A stretch of DNA of 64,000 nucleotides from the NCBI GenBank assembly GCA_965112735.1, contig OZ218961.1, positions 62,001 through 126,000 on the forward strand, in the 5' to 3' direction. Of the stretch, positions 1 to 13,423 are shown in pieces. Every line of letters starts with the position of its first letter. Position 1 is the first letter of the stretch. The notes beneath the pieces were generated by a model. It did no database searches and was not told the origin of the DNA. It saw only the letters and a list, made by a program, of their open reading frames with translations. This DNA is from Phaeosaccion multiseriatum. Lineage: Eukaryota; Protista; Ochrophyta, other classes. The translations under genes and the position numbers were made by a program.

Positions 1-3000
1 CGACCTCTCCAAGGACCAGATGCGTGCCTTCTTCCTCACGCCCGTGCACCAGCGATCCAAGGAGGGCATTGCTAAGGCGATGGCCTACCTCTTCGAGAGG
101 GCGCCCTTCAGCAAGGGACTCGGGCAGGTCAGTGTCCGGACAGGACAGCGAGTAGTCAGTGCCAGGACAGCGAGTAGTCAGTGTCAGGACAGCGAGTAGT
201 CAGTGTCAGGACAGTGAGGAGTGAGTGTCAGGACAGTGACGGGTCTAAATATCTGAAACTGCACATGACTGCCCCTCCCACCCCCTCCCACCCCCCCCAC
301 AGGTGCAGCGGGAGACGCTGGCGAAGAGGCTTCAGCTCGTGTGGATGTGGCGCCCCGGGGACGTTTTTGTGCAGGTATGGACTGTGCAGTAAGTCAGTGA
401 CGAGTTCTCTTGTCTCTCTTTCCTTGCGGATGAATGAGCAGGCGGACAGAGTCGATATCGATATCGATGGTCGATATGCTCCATATGTTTGATCGATCCA
501 TGAGCTCAAACTCAAACTCAAGCTGCTCGTTGTGCACTGCCCTGACGGCACAGGGGGCCATTGGGCGAGAGTTCTACTTGGTCATGAGTGGCACTCTGGA
601 AGTGGCCGTGGAGAGGGGAGGGGAGGGCAGGGAGGAAGTTGTGCACATCTACAGAGAGGGGGTGAGTGAGTGAGTGAGTGAGTGAGTGAGTGAGTGAGTG
701 AGTGTGTAAGCGAGGAGTGGTGAGCCATGACAATGGAGGGGGGCTGATGGACTGACTGACTGGCTGAGCTGAGCTGAGCTGAGCTGACTGGCTGACTCAC
801 TGACTGACTGACTGACTGACTGACTGACTGACTGACTGACTGACTGACTGACTGACTGACTGACTGACTGACTGACTGACTGACTGACTGACTGACTGAC
901 TGACTGACTGACTGACTGACTGACTGACTGACTGACTAACGTCTAACTGGTACTGTATCTTATCAGGACGTCTTCGGGGAGCGGAGTCTGAACCTCGACC
1001 CCGGCTCCACGCGCAAGCGAGCGGCCACCGTGCGTAGCAGATACGCGTACTGTGAGCTCCTGCTGCTGCCAGGCGCTGACTACCAGGTGCTGAGGGGAAG
1101 GGGGGGAGGGGAGGAGGGGGGGAGGGGAGGGAGGGAGGAAGGGAGGAAGGGAGGAGGGGAGGAGGGGAGGGTGAGGGGTGGGGGGGAGGAGGGCAGGGAA
1201 AGGGAGGGAGGGGAGACGGGGAAGAGTGGAGGGAGGGGAGGGAGGAGGGGAGGGGATGGGGGGGCGGGAGGTTGGAGATCTACTCACTCACCCACCCACC
1301 CACCCACCCACCCGCCTACTCACCCACCTACTCACCCACCTACTCACCCACCCACCACCCCTCCCCTGCTGCCGCAGAGCCTGATGCTTGATATCCAGGA
1401 GCACATGAAGGGCACCTGTAGAGAGCTTGTGAGCAGGGGCTTCCCCTCCATGGCCGAGGGACTCGTCAGAGAGCTCACGGACATCGCCTCCTTCGTCAAG
1501 GTGGGCGCAAACCCAAGCTGTTGGTGATACAGCAGCAGATAGGGGGGACAAGGAGGAGAAAGGGGAGTGAGGGGGGCAGGAGGGGGGGCAGGGGGGGGGG
1601 AGGGGGCGCTGGAAGAGCAAGGGCCCAATTCCTCCTGCCCCAAAGTGTTTCACACTCACACCCTTCCCTTCCCTTCTCTTCCTGTCGTTTCCTTCCTTCC
1701 GGCTTGCTTCTCTTTTTGTATAAGTAATCGGTGTGGCGTATCATTGACTTACAGTTACGCAGTGGGTGGTACTCACAATTGGTACTCAGTCCCCCAACAA
1801 CCAACACCGATATCACTGACCTTTCACTGACTTACTCTCTGCGTCAGGTGGACATGGGCAGCGCTCTGGTGATCAAGGGACAGCCCATGGAGCTCACGCC
1901 CTTCCTCTGCAGGGGGGAAGTGGTGAGAGAGGTGGCGTTACAGAAAGACGACGACGACGCTCACGACACGGACGGGCCATCAGCTGCCTTCCTCAGCGGC
2001 TCCTCTACCTCTGCCATGGCGGAGGACAGCAAGAGGCGTATGGGCAGGGACTCGGCCCACGGGGGGAGGGACTACCTGGGGCCAGGACACGTGTTTGGCT
2101 ACGAAGCCATCTTCCAGAGGGATGGGGACGGCGGGGTGCGACAGAGACCGCACACATCGGGAGGCGGGAGAGGGGAAGCAGACGCTCAGGCTAAGGGCGA
2201 GGGGCACGGGCAGCACAAGGAGGGGGGCTCAGGGGGGCAGGGAAGGGGAAGCGGAAACCTTCACAAGGACTCGCCGCCGCCGGACAAGCACCACCACGAG
2301 GCGCCGCAAGTGCGTGTGTGGCCCTACACCTACAGGGCCTGCACCGTGCTGCACGTGGTGGTGGTACGGAGGGCTGCTATTCTGGCGACGCTGTCGGAGA
2401 AGGCGCTCGCTGCTCTCAAGGGCTATCTCGCTATTGTGTACGGCCGAGGATTGGCGACGACGGATGGCAGTGGATGGGGAGGAGGAGGAGGTGGGGGCGC
2501 GCTGAGGGATGAGGAACAAGGGGTGGAGTGGTGTGGAGGCGGAGGAGGAGGAGGAGGAGGAGGAGGAGGAGGAGGAGGGGGGTGGCAGTCTATGGGGGCC
2601 AGGCCGGGGGGGGCGGAGGGGAAGCCATCGCTGGACCATGGGGCAATCGGAGGCATGCTCCGGATAGCAAGAAAGAGGCGGCTCCGGTATATTCAGTCCA
2701 ATCGAGGCGGGGGAGGAGGAGGAGGAACAGCAGCAGCAGCAGGAGGAGGAGAAGAAGAAGGAGGAGGAGGAGGAGCAGGAGGAGGAGGAGGAGGAGGAGG
2801 AGGAACGGGGGCGGCGGAGTGGCATGAATGGGGGGAGGGGCGGGAGCAGGACGGGGAGAAGGAGGAGGTATTCGAGGAGGAGGAGAAGGAGGAGGAGGAG
2901 GAGGAGGAGGAGGAGGAGGAGGAGGAGGAGGAGGAGGAGGAGGAGGAGGAGGAGGAGGAGGAGGAGGAGGAGGAGGAGGAGGAGGGACGCTGCTCCTCGT

Positions 3001-6000
3001 TCAGGGAGAGCGCCGCGACCAATTCGAACCCCCCCCACGGGCAGGAGAGAACAGTTGGTGGAACAGTTGGTGATACGCGCACCCGGAGGGTCCGCACCAC
3101 CGGCAGCACTAACAGATGCCTACGGAGCAAACAGGGCAGTGCTTTACCGAGACAGAGGCGCACACGCATAAGGCGGGGCATGGGCATGAGTCTGGCCACC
3201 ATTGGCAAGGGGGGCGAGTCCAAGGGGGTACGGCAGTTGGTGATACACTCGCAGCGAGGCGAAGGCGTCGCCCAGGTGGTGCGGCGTCGGCGTGCGGCTA
3301 TCGAGCTTGCGCGGACAGAGCTTGGGGAGAGCAGGCTGGAGGACGCCCTGGCACTCACCACGGAGAAGCACGTACAGCAGTTGGTGATACAGGCAGGCAA
3401 GGGCACTTTGGGGCTCAAGCGACGGAAGCAGTTGGTGATACAGGGGGGGCAGGGGGATACTCCTGCGTCAGAGACTACCGTCGTATCACCAACTGCCGCA
3501 GCAGCTGGAGCGGACGGCGAGTCTCCTTCCGAGACTTGTCCTGCGGGTGTGAGGTCGGAGGGGGAGGAGGGCGACGGAGGAAGCCCCACTGACTCGGACA
3601 GAGAGCGGAGGGAAGAGTGGAGGGAGAGGGAGGCCTACTCCGGCCAGCGAGCGCAAACTGCGGGAGAGCTCCTCGCAGAAAAAGGCGCCCACGCCCTGCA
3701 GGACGATGAGCAATTGGCCATCGAGCAGCAGCAACAGATGGCGACGCAGCAGCAGCAGAGAGGGTCTGCGGCGAGGAGGCCGGCCTTCAGCCTTGTGCAG
3801 CTCTCCACGCGACCCCCTCCGGTGCCGACCTCACAGGGGAGTGGCTGTCGCAGTGGCAGCGGAAGTGGGAGTGGAAGTGGAAGTGGTCGCGGTAGTAGAA
3901 ATGGCAGCATCGGTACAGCAGCAGGCACAGCAGCAGGCACAGCAGCAGGGACAGCAGCAGGCAGGCGAGAGGGGGCCCGGAGAGAGGGGCGACAAGGGGG
4001 CGAGGGCGGCGTCAGGGCGGGTGGGGAGGAGAGCCTTCGGTTGCGATTCCTGGGCCGCCACGAGACAGCGGCAAAGGCCATGCTTCTCGTACATACCCTC
4101 TATCGGGCTGACTTCAAGGCCAGCAGCAAGGGAAAGGGGGGTGGAGGGGAGGACCAGGTTAATGTGTTCGACGACCATGCCGGCCCGCAGAGCGTGGTGA
4201 GTGCGTGCGTGCGTGAGTACTGAGACTGGGGCTGACTGTGCCATGTGCCGCAGAGCAAGCAAGAGCAAGGGCACGTGTGTCCTTCCTAATCCTTCTCCTC
4301 CCTCCCTCCCTCCCATCCACTGCCATCCACTCCCATCCACTGCCATCCGTGTGCTATACCAGCCCTGGCGCACGTTCAACGGAATCGACCTGCTCGACTT
4401 TGGGCGCTCTGACCACTTCATCATCTTCTGCGGATCTCAGCCTGTGCGGACCCTTAGCCTCGACGTGTTGGCAGTGGATGGGAGAGGATCCAGTGAGTCA
4501 TGTGGATGGAGAGATGGGAGAGATGGCAGTGGATGGGAGAGGATCCAGTGAGTCATCAACCACCACACACACACACATACAGGCAGCCTCGCATTGCTCC
4601 TCCCCTTGATCTTGCCGTCACCTCCAAAGCCCAAGAAAGCTCACCTCCAAAGCCCAAGAAAGCTCACCTTCAACCCCAACCTGGCTCACCCCTAACGATG
4701 GCTCACCTCTAACGATGGCTCACCTCTAACGATGGCTCACCTCTAACGATGGCTCACCTCTAACGATGGCTCACCTCTAACGATGGCTCACCTCTAACGA
4801 TGGCTCACCCCACCCCTTTCCGGGCGCTCCTCCTTGCTGTGATGGTGCCGCATCTCTAGAGCTCTTTCCTCGAAAACGACAAGACTCTTACCACCACCCC
4901 AACCCTGAACCAACACCACCACCGGCCTCCCTCCCTCCCCGCCTCACCCCCCCGTCCCCCCCCAAGACGACGACCGTGTGGTGTCTCTGTTCCGCGAGAA
5001 GGGGCAGCACTACTGCCTGGCCTGGGCCCTGAGACCCGATTACCTCCTCAGGCCGTACCGCCCACCTCAAGGAGGAAACCCCCCTGGGACGAGGCAGCAG
5101 CCGCCCCCTTGGGGATTGGCTCCTTGGGGATCCCCAAGCGGTGCATCTGAGGCAAACAGGCGAGACGTCAGGGGTGGTACAGGTGGTACAGCGGCAGATG
5201 GTACTCGCTGGGACGTGGCGTTGCAACACACGACACTTCTCGCGCAGCACTCTGCTCTGCTGCGAAAGATGCATCTGGTGAGTAAGTCAATGAGTGAGTA
5301 AGTAAGTCAATGAGTGAGTGAGTGAGTGAGTAAGTCAATGAGTGAGTAAGTGAGTGAGTGAGTAAGTGAGTGAGTGAGTAAGTGAGTGAGTGAGTGAGTG
5401 AGTGAGTGAGTGGGTTGGTGGGTGGGCGAGTGAGTGAGTGAGTGAGTGAGTGAGTGGGTGAGTGAGTGAGTGAGTGAGTGAGTGAGTGAGTAAGTGAGTG
5501 AGTAAGTGAGTGGGTTGGTGGGTGGGTGAGTGAGTGAGTGAGTGAGTGAGTGAGTGAGTGAGTGGGTGGGTGAGTGAGTGAGTGGGTGAGTGAGTGAGTG
5601 AGTGAGTGAGTGAGTGAGTCAGTGGGTGGTGAGTGAGTGAGTGAGTGAGGGAGGGAGGGAGGGAGGGAGGGAGGGAGGGAGGGAGGGAGGGAGGGAGGGA
5701 GGGAGGGAGGGAGGGAGGGAGGGAGGGAGGGAGGGAGGGAGGGAGGGAGGGACGGAGGGACGGAGGGACGGAGGGAGGGAGGGAGGGAGGGAGGGAGGGA
5801 GGGAGGGAGGGAGGGAGGGAGGGAGGGAGGGAGGGAGGGAGGGAGGGAGGGAGGGAGGGAGGGAGGGAGGGAGGGAGGGAGGGAGGGAGGGAGGGAGGGA
5901 GGGAGGGAGGGAGGGAGGGAGGGAGGGAGGGAGGGAGGGAGGGAGGGAGGGAGGGAGGGAGGGAGGGACGGAGGGAGGGAGGGAGGGAGGGAGTGATTGA

Positions 6001-6345
6001 GTCTGCAAACTTGTTCCTTGTTAGTGTAATACATCGCTCTACAAGCAAACAGTGCATCACTCTAATCATTCGTTTGAACCTTCTGTGGATGCCATTTTAT
6101 GTGATTGACCCGCCACCTCATTTCATTCCCCATTTCATTCCTCATTTCATTCCTCATTTCATTCCCCATTTCATTCCTCATTTCATTCCTCATTTCATTC
6201 CTCATTTCATTCCTCATTTCATTCCTCAGGTTCAGTTTGTGGAGGACTTCTTCCCTTCCAAGGCCGACGCCGCCAACAGGGGCTTGCAGCTCATGGAGAG
6301 GGAGGCCAGAGCGGGCATGGAGGACGAGCTGCAGCAGCAGATGGT

Positions 6346-6391
<46 letters not shown>

Positions 6392-8936
6392 CAACAGCAG
6401 CAACAGCAGCAGCAGTTGGTGGTACCTTCGCCGCTCGGGCCCTTCGAAGAGGAGGACGGCAGGGGGGGGAGCGATCAGAGCCGGGCAGAGGAAGGAGACA
6501 TAGCAGCAGCAGCAGGAGGAGGAGGAGGAGGAGGAGAAGAAGAAGAAGAAGAAGAGGAGGAGGAGGAGGAGGAGGAGGAGGAGGAGGAGGAGGAGGAGGA
6601 GGAGGAGGAGGAGGAGGAGGAGGAGGAGGAGGAGGAGGAGGAGGAGGAGGAGGAGGAGGAGGAGGAGGAGGAGGAGGAGGAGAAGGAGGAGGAGGAGGAG
6701 GAGGAGGAGGAGGAGGAGGAGGAGGAGGAGGAGGAGGAGGAGGAGGAGGAGGAGGAGGAGGAGGAGGAGGAGGAGGAGGAGGAGGAGGAGGAGGAGGAGG
6801 AGGAGGAGGAGGAGGAGGAGGAGGAGGAGGAGGAGGAGGAGGAGGAGGAGGAGGAGGAGGAGGAGGAGGAGGAGGAGGAGGAGGCGCCAGCAAGGGCGGT
6901 AGTGGCGCTTCTGTGGACTCGAGGGGGGGGGGGCGCACGCTGACCTCCTGCTGCAAGTTGTGCATCTTCCCCGCCTACTCATGGGTGTCCATCTGTGACT
7001 CTGCGGATGTGCACAAAGTGGTGAAGGACCACGCGCTCGACAGCCCCGGCCTCAGTGCGGCGGTGGCGGCGTACAGGTAAGCGTTACGTAAGCGTCACGT
7101 AAGCGTTACGTAAGCGTGGCGTAGGCTTTATCCTAACCATCTGCTTAATCCTCACGCCTCTCCCTGACGCTAACCGTTACAACCCTTACAACCCTTACAG
7201 GCAGCAGCTGCAGAGCGACGAACAGAACAAAGCCCTCGCACACGTGCTCTTCGACGAGCTGTACAGCGGTGATGGCAACAACAACAACAACAACAACAAC
7301 AACAGCAGCGGCAGCAACAGCAGGGGCACCAGCGGCAGGGGCACTGCTTACGACAAGGCCGAGGAGGGCTCGGTGGGGTCGGGTCCGAGATTGGCGAGCA
7401 GCGCCAGTCATATGGGTACCAGGCATACGGGCAAGGAAAGGAACGGCCCTCGGCGGGGTGGTGGGAGGCGAGGGGTCGGGCTAGATGGCAGTGGATGGGC
7501 GGGAGGCGACTTCGGCATGGGGCTGGGCGGGTGGGGAGGGGGTCCATCAGCGGCAGCTCCATCAGCAGCAGCATCATACGGGGGGAGGAGGAGGAGCGGA
7601 GCAGAGAGGAGAATGATATGTTGTCGGGCACAGTGTCGTGGGGCGGAGGGGAGAGGGTGAGGACGGCGATGATGCACAACAAGAGGATGAGGAACAAGGT
7701 GCTGCAACTCAATGCGCACATACTTGAGTCGGAGGCTGTGTTGAGAGCGGAGGGGGATGGCAGCGGATGGGCTACGGCTCAAGGAGGAGAGGGAGGAGGA
7801 GGAGGGGGAGGGGGAGGGGGAGGGGGGAGAGGAGGAGGAGGAGGAGGAGGGGGAGCCGGCGGAGGGGGAAGCGGGCGAGAGGCGGGAGGGGGAGGACGAG
7901 GGCGAGGACGAGGAAGAGGAGGAGCGGCACCGGGCGAGGCGAAGCGCACGCCAGAGAGAGCCAAGACGGTCTCCGGCATAGAGAGAGCGGCGGAGGGAGG
8001 ACAAGGGGCTCGCGCTTCCCCGCCCTCGCGCCTCAAGCCCAAGCTCAAGCACAAGCATAAGCCCGACGATCGCTCGGTGGGGGAGCAGTCAGAGGGGGGT
8101 GCTGGTGCTCGTCAGTCCGACTCACTGCTCGAGAGGAACCTCTCTCTGGACCAGGCCCGGCTGCAGCTGTGAGTAGAGTGGATACAAGAGCGGTATCGTA
8201 TCACCAACTGCTGGGGCTGGGGCTGGGGCTGGTGGTGCTGCTCCTCTCTGTCTCTCTCCTGTAGCCCCAAGACTCTCTCTCATCCTTCTCGCTTTTCCTC
8301 TTGTCTGTCTTATGCTCCTCTTGTGCCCCTTGTGCCCCTTGCCCTTCCGCGGCCGCCACCCCTCCCTCCCTGAAAGATGGCACGTGCTGCAGAACATGAC
8401 CTTCATGCGACTCGCTGGAGGAGGAGGAGGAGGAGGGGGAGGAGGAGGAGGGGCGGCGGCACAGAAGAGGCTCGGGCAGCGGGAGCAGCACCAGCACTTG
8501 GCGATACAGCAGCAGCAGGAGCAGCAGTTGGTGATACAGCAGCAGCATGGGGGCAGCTCCATCAAGTCGGGCAGCGTCAAGTCCGGGGCGGCACCTCCCT
8601 CCCTGACATCCACGCAGAAGTTCGCTCAGGCTGGCCCCATGGGAGTCGTCGGAAACGGACAGATGGTCGGCAGGTAAGAGCTGTGCACTCATACCACTGA
8701 CAGTGACACCACTTGTTGACACTCCGCCGCCTCGCCAGCCCCAGCCCATGTGGCAGCCATGTGCCTGAAGCAATCGCACCCCACTTCCCCCAACCCAGAC
8801 TCAGTGACTTACTGAGAGACTCAGTGACTTACTGAGACTCAGTGACTTACTGAGAGACTCAGTGACTTGCTGAGAGACTCAGTGACTTACTGAGAGACTC
8901 AGTGACTTACTGAGGTACTTTTTTACATCCTCTCTT

Positions 8937-8976
<40 letters not shown>

Positions 8977-9032
8977 TTTCTCTTTCTCTTTCTCTCTCTC
9001 TCTCCCTCCTCTCCCTCCCTCCCTCTCCCTCC

Positions 9033-9063
<31 letters not shown>

Positions 9064-11571
9064 CCTCTCTCTCCCCTCCTCTCCCGCACTCCCTCGCTCA
9101 CATCAACAGCCCCCCCGGGGTGCGACGGAAGGGCCGTTTCACTTCGCGAAAGTCCCACTCTCCGGCGGCGGCTCTGAAGCAGCGCGAGGCCATGGACACT
9201 GCCTCCCTGGACACACTTAGCAGCATGGGCATGGGCATTGCCGAGAGCAGCGACGGAAGCGTGCACGCGCTTGGGGGGGGCTTGCTTCCTCTGTCCATGA
9301 GCCTTCCTGCGGGACACAAAGGTATCAACTTGCTCACAGCATCGAGTCAAAGGATGAGCAGGGCCATGTTGTCCAGGACAGCGCCGGGGGGTCTCGGATT
9401 GGGGGTGTCAGGACAGAGGGTGTCAGGACAGGGGCAGTCACTGGCAGGGCCATCAGACGTGCTGTCCACGAGCCGGACCCGCCGGGGTACGGAGGGGAGG
9501 GAGGGGAGGGAGGGGAGGGAGGGGAGGGAGGGGAGGGAGGGAGACACGTCAGACGTGCTGTCGCAGACCCTCAGGCCACGCCCCTTGAGCGGCGGCAGCA
9601 GCAAGGGCCGCAGCAGCAGCAGCAGGAGGGGGACCCAGCAGGGGCAGACGGGGCAGCAGGGGCAGGGAGCAGAGTCGCCTAAGCCCTTCGCCGCTCTCGC
9701 CGCCGCCGCTGCTGCTGCTGCTGCTGGTGGTGGTGGTGCTGCTGCTGCTGGTGCGGGTGGGGGTAGTGGGGGTGGGGGTCGTGGGGGTGGCGACGCTTCC
9801 CTTGACCCATGCGCCTCCCCCTCCCCTCCCATACAAGTCAATTAATTGGTATAAGGAGTAGAAGTAGTCCCCATACAAGCCAATTAATTGGTACTACGTA
9901 GTAGAAGTAGTAAATAGTAAATAAGGAGACTCCCATACAAGTCAATTATAATTGTAGTAATTAAGGGTGACAAAAATCAAGGTGAAGTAGGAAAAGCTTT
10001 CACACAAAAAGGCAGTTACATTCAAAGCCTAGTGAGTGAGTGAGTGAGTGAGTGAGTGAGTGAGTGCGTGAGTGAGGGAGTGAGTGAGTGAGTGAGTGAG
10101 TGAGTGAGTGAGTGAGTGAGTGAGTGAGTGGGTGAGTGGGTGAGTGAGTGAGTGAGTGAGTGAGTGAGTGAGTGAGTGAGTGAGTGAGTGAGTGAGTGAG
10201 TGAGTGAGTGAGTGAGTGAGTGAGTGAGTGAGTGAGTGAGTGAGTGAGTGAGTGAGTGAGTGAGTGAGTGAGTGAGTGAGCGAGCGAGTGAGTGAGTGAG
10301 TGCGTGAGTGAGTGAGTGAGTGAGTGAGTGAGTGAGTGAGTGAGTGAGTGAGTGAGTGAGTGAGTGACTTTTTTTTCACGTATCACCAACTCCTCTCCTG
10401 GCGTTACCGAATTTCTGTTTTTTCTTTGCCCGAGACCAAGACCTCCCCAAAAAGGGGAGCTGCGCAGGAGAGGCAGCAAGGAGCATGGCGACGGCCGGGA
10501 AAGGAGGCGCCGACCATCAAAGTGAGCGCAGCGGGGGTGGCGAATCAGGAGACCAGCGAAGTAGCACCGGCAATGGGGCGCTGCGAGTGTCGCGTAAAGT
10601 TGATGCGACAATCTTGGCCGAGCAGCAGCACCGCAAAAGGGAGGAGCGGGAGTCGGAGGAGATGGGCCTGCGCTTTCTCTTTAATATGGTGGACAGGGAT
10701 GGAGGCGGCACCATCGAGCTGGAGGAGCTTGTGGAGCTGCTGACGAGGATGGGTAGCCAGGACGTGGGGGTGGCGGAGGTGGCGTCTTGGCTCAGCGAGA
10801 ACGACACAGACAGGTGGGAAGCAAAGTGGTGATAAGTAGGGGAACAATGTAGGTAGGCGGGAAGGCTAGGTGGCGCAGCAGTTACGTACTCACCGAGTGC
10901 GAGTGTCTGTATGGTGATGGGCAATCTGCCGCCCACGACGTCGTGGGGTCCCTTTCGTGTTCGTGACCAGATCGACCAACAACAAGCTGTTCATCCATAT
11001 CTCCCCTTCTGTTCATGCCCCCCTCCCCTCAGTGACGGGGTGATCGACTTCGAAGAGTTCTCGAAGGCAATGCGGGTGAGAGGCAGGACATGTTGCCATG
11101 GGGCCAACGGTGATGCATGGCGCTGGTCTGCGTGCGCTCTTACGAGGCGGCATCGAGAGCCGTCCTTCCTCCCCTCTTGAGAGCACTCATATGATGTGCG
11201 ACGTAGTCCATATGCCTCCCCTCTTCACCTCTCATGGCCCATGCCTCCCCTCTGTACCTCTCATGGCCCATGCCCCCCCCTCTCGCCCTGTATACTTTAC
11301 GCTCTCTCAGTCCAACGCGCGATGCAAGTACACTCGCAGGGACATGATGCACGCGTGGGCGGCCTTCGACGACCTCAACCCCACGGTACGCTACCAATCA
11401 CGTCTCTTGCTTTCTCTTTCGTCCTCTCTCTCCGCCCCTCTCTTCCTCATTCTCTCTCTCTTTCTCTTCCTCGTTCCCGCGTGCTCTCCGTCTCTCCATA
11501 TCTCTCTCTCGGTCTCGCTCTCCCTCTCTCCATCTCTCTCTCCCGCCCTCTCTCTCCCTCTCTCTCTCCCT

Positions 11572-11625
<54 letters not shown>

Positions 11626-11798
11626 TCACACAGGGCAAGGTCCAGCCCGGCAAGATAGTACAAGCTGTGTGTGAGTATGGGCCTGTGAAGAATCGACTGA
11701 GCCGAGCGGAAGCCGAGCAGCTAATTGCCCTCGTGCCCCGCAATGGCGCCGGTGAGATTGACTACCGCAAACTCATCAACGAGTGGGGCGCCAGCTGA
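1..11798 (+). CDS. Multi-exon gene, 5'-partial: two cyclic-nucleotide-binding domains, long low-complexity linkers, C-terminal calmodulin-like EF-hand region (could be two genes)
   Basis: Spliced exons give QGAIGREFYLVMSGTLEV...DVFGERSL...KRAATVRS (cNMP 1) and LGPGHVFGYEAIF...WPYTYRAC (cNMP 2). Exons from 10.4-11.8 kb give FNMVDRDGGGTIELEEL, DGVIDFEEFSKAM and GEIDYRKLINEWGAS* (TGA ends 11798). Apparent frameshifts at ~6.5-6.9 kb and ~7585. The join between the 9.1-9.8 kb exon and the EF-hand exons is unresolved. Confidence 0.65.
661..940 (+). repeat. (GTGA)n then (CTGA)n intronic microsatellites
   Basis: (GTGA)n starts at the exon donor; (CTGA)n ends in CTAAC shortly before the acceptor at 966. 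Confidence 0.95.
4682..4810 (+). repeat. 17-bp minisatellite (TGGCTCACCTCTAACGA), ~7 copies, intronic
   Basis: Direct reading. Confidence 0.9.
5278..5992 (+). repeat. (GTGA/GTAA)n followed by (GGGA)n microsatellite, intronic
   Basis: Direct reading; begins at a GTGAGT donor. Confidence 0.95.
6517..6884 (+). repeat. Long (GAG/GGA)n tract inside an exon
   Basis: Direct reading; upstream frame reads poly-Glu, downstream frame requires poly-Gly. Confidence 0.9.
10031..10367 (+). repeat. (GTGA)n microsatellite
   Basis: Direct reading. Confidence 0.95.
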
Positions 11799-11851
11799 GG
11801 GCACCATATCGCCAACCCCGCCAGCTGAAGAGGGGGGGGACACAAAAACCT

Positions 11852-11877
11852 ACAGACAGACAGACAGGCAGGCAGGC

Positions 11878-11908
<31 letters not shown>

Positions 11909-11929
11909 AAGACGGACAGACAGGCAGGC

Positions 11930-12014
<85 letters not shown>

Positions 12015-12095
12015 TACAGACAGACAGACAGACAGACAGACAAATAGACAGACAGACACACAGACAGACAGACAGACAGATAGACAGGCAGACAG

Positions 12096-12129
<34 letters not shown>

Positions 12130-12133
12130 AGGC

Positions 12134-12166
<33 letters not shown>

Positions 12167-12237
12167 CACAGACAGACAGACAGACAGATAGATAGACAGA
12201 CGGACGGACAAACAGACAGACAGACAGGCAGACAGGC

Positions 12238-12310
<73 letters not shown>

Positions 12311-12375
12311 GGCAGACAGACAGACAGACAGACAGACAGACACACAGACAGACAGACAGACAGATAGACAGACAG
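11852..12375 (+). repeat. (GACA)n microsatellite between convergent genes
   Basis: Direct reading. Confidence 0.95.
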
Positions 12376-13423
12376 GCAGGCTGGTACGAACGGAGAGCTA
12401 CCGCCACTGCCAGGCGGGGAATGCGCGACAACTGCTGCGGCATCGCATGGGTCGAGGGCAGTAGCAGCAGCCGAACGTCTCACTCCGTCGAGAGCGTTGC
12501 TTTCCCTTAGCCGAGAGAAGCACGAAGCGAGGCGCGCGGCCATCCACTACTTCTTCTTCTGTCACATCTGTAGCTGTCATTGTTAATACTAGCAGGATCG
12601 ATACTTCTCCAAGCCTGGAAGGTCCTCGCTCCCCCCCTTCCCCCCCCCCGGCGGAGGCAGAGCTCCCATCTCCTCTGTGCGCCATCCTCTGCCCTCCCCT
12701 CCCCTCCTGCTCTCCTGCTCTCCTGCTCTCCTGCTCTCCTGCCTCCCTGGCGCTTCGACAGCTGACACAGAGAGCGTGACACAGAGGGTGTGTCCATGTC
12801 TGCAAAGCTCCATCGCACATCGCACATCGCATGGGGATCGGATACAAGGTCTTTTCAGTCTCCCAGACAAACAGCAGCAATTAAACCCTTTGTTCTTCAA
12901 TGCCATGTCCGCATACTGTGGCTCGACCTCGCTGCCGCTGGCCACAGCTGATTATTCATGCTGCTGCCCTGCTGGCCAGACCTCATTCTTCGTGCTGCTG
13001 ATATGTGACCAAAGCGACAAAAGCTGATTCTTCAAACGTTAGGGGTGGCGAGTGAGGCCCCCCCTACAAGTCGCACCACATAGCAGCGGAGCACAATGCA
13101 GCAGCACCACCACCAGCGTGGTAGATAGAAGCACACCAGCGTAGTAGATAGAAGCATAGGTGCAGCAGCACAGCAGAAGCACACCAGCGTAGCAGATAGA
13201 TGCAGCAGCACAGCAGCACAGCAGCACAGCCGGCCACCATGTCTCTTCCCGGCGCCCAGCCAGGCCGCGCAATTCGACCCTCACATCAAGTGCCATCCCA
13301 AACTTGCTCTCCTCACGCAGAACACAACGCTCAATCGCCCATCCGAGCTCGGTCGTTCTTCGGGAAAAGCAACGGACTTCTGTGGTAACGTATTGCGTTG
13401 GTTATACGTCCAAGGGAAGGGGG

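Noticed and set aside
5168-6069. Long PPSL/THSL/GGRE ORFs, and similar ORFs at 10.0-10.4 kb and 11.7-12.5 kb
   Set aside because: Translations of tetranucleotide microsatellites.
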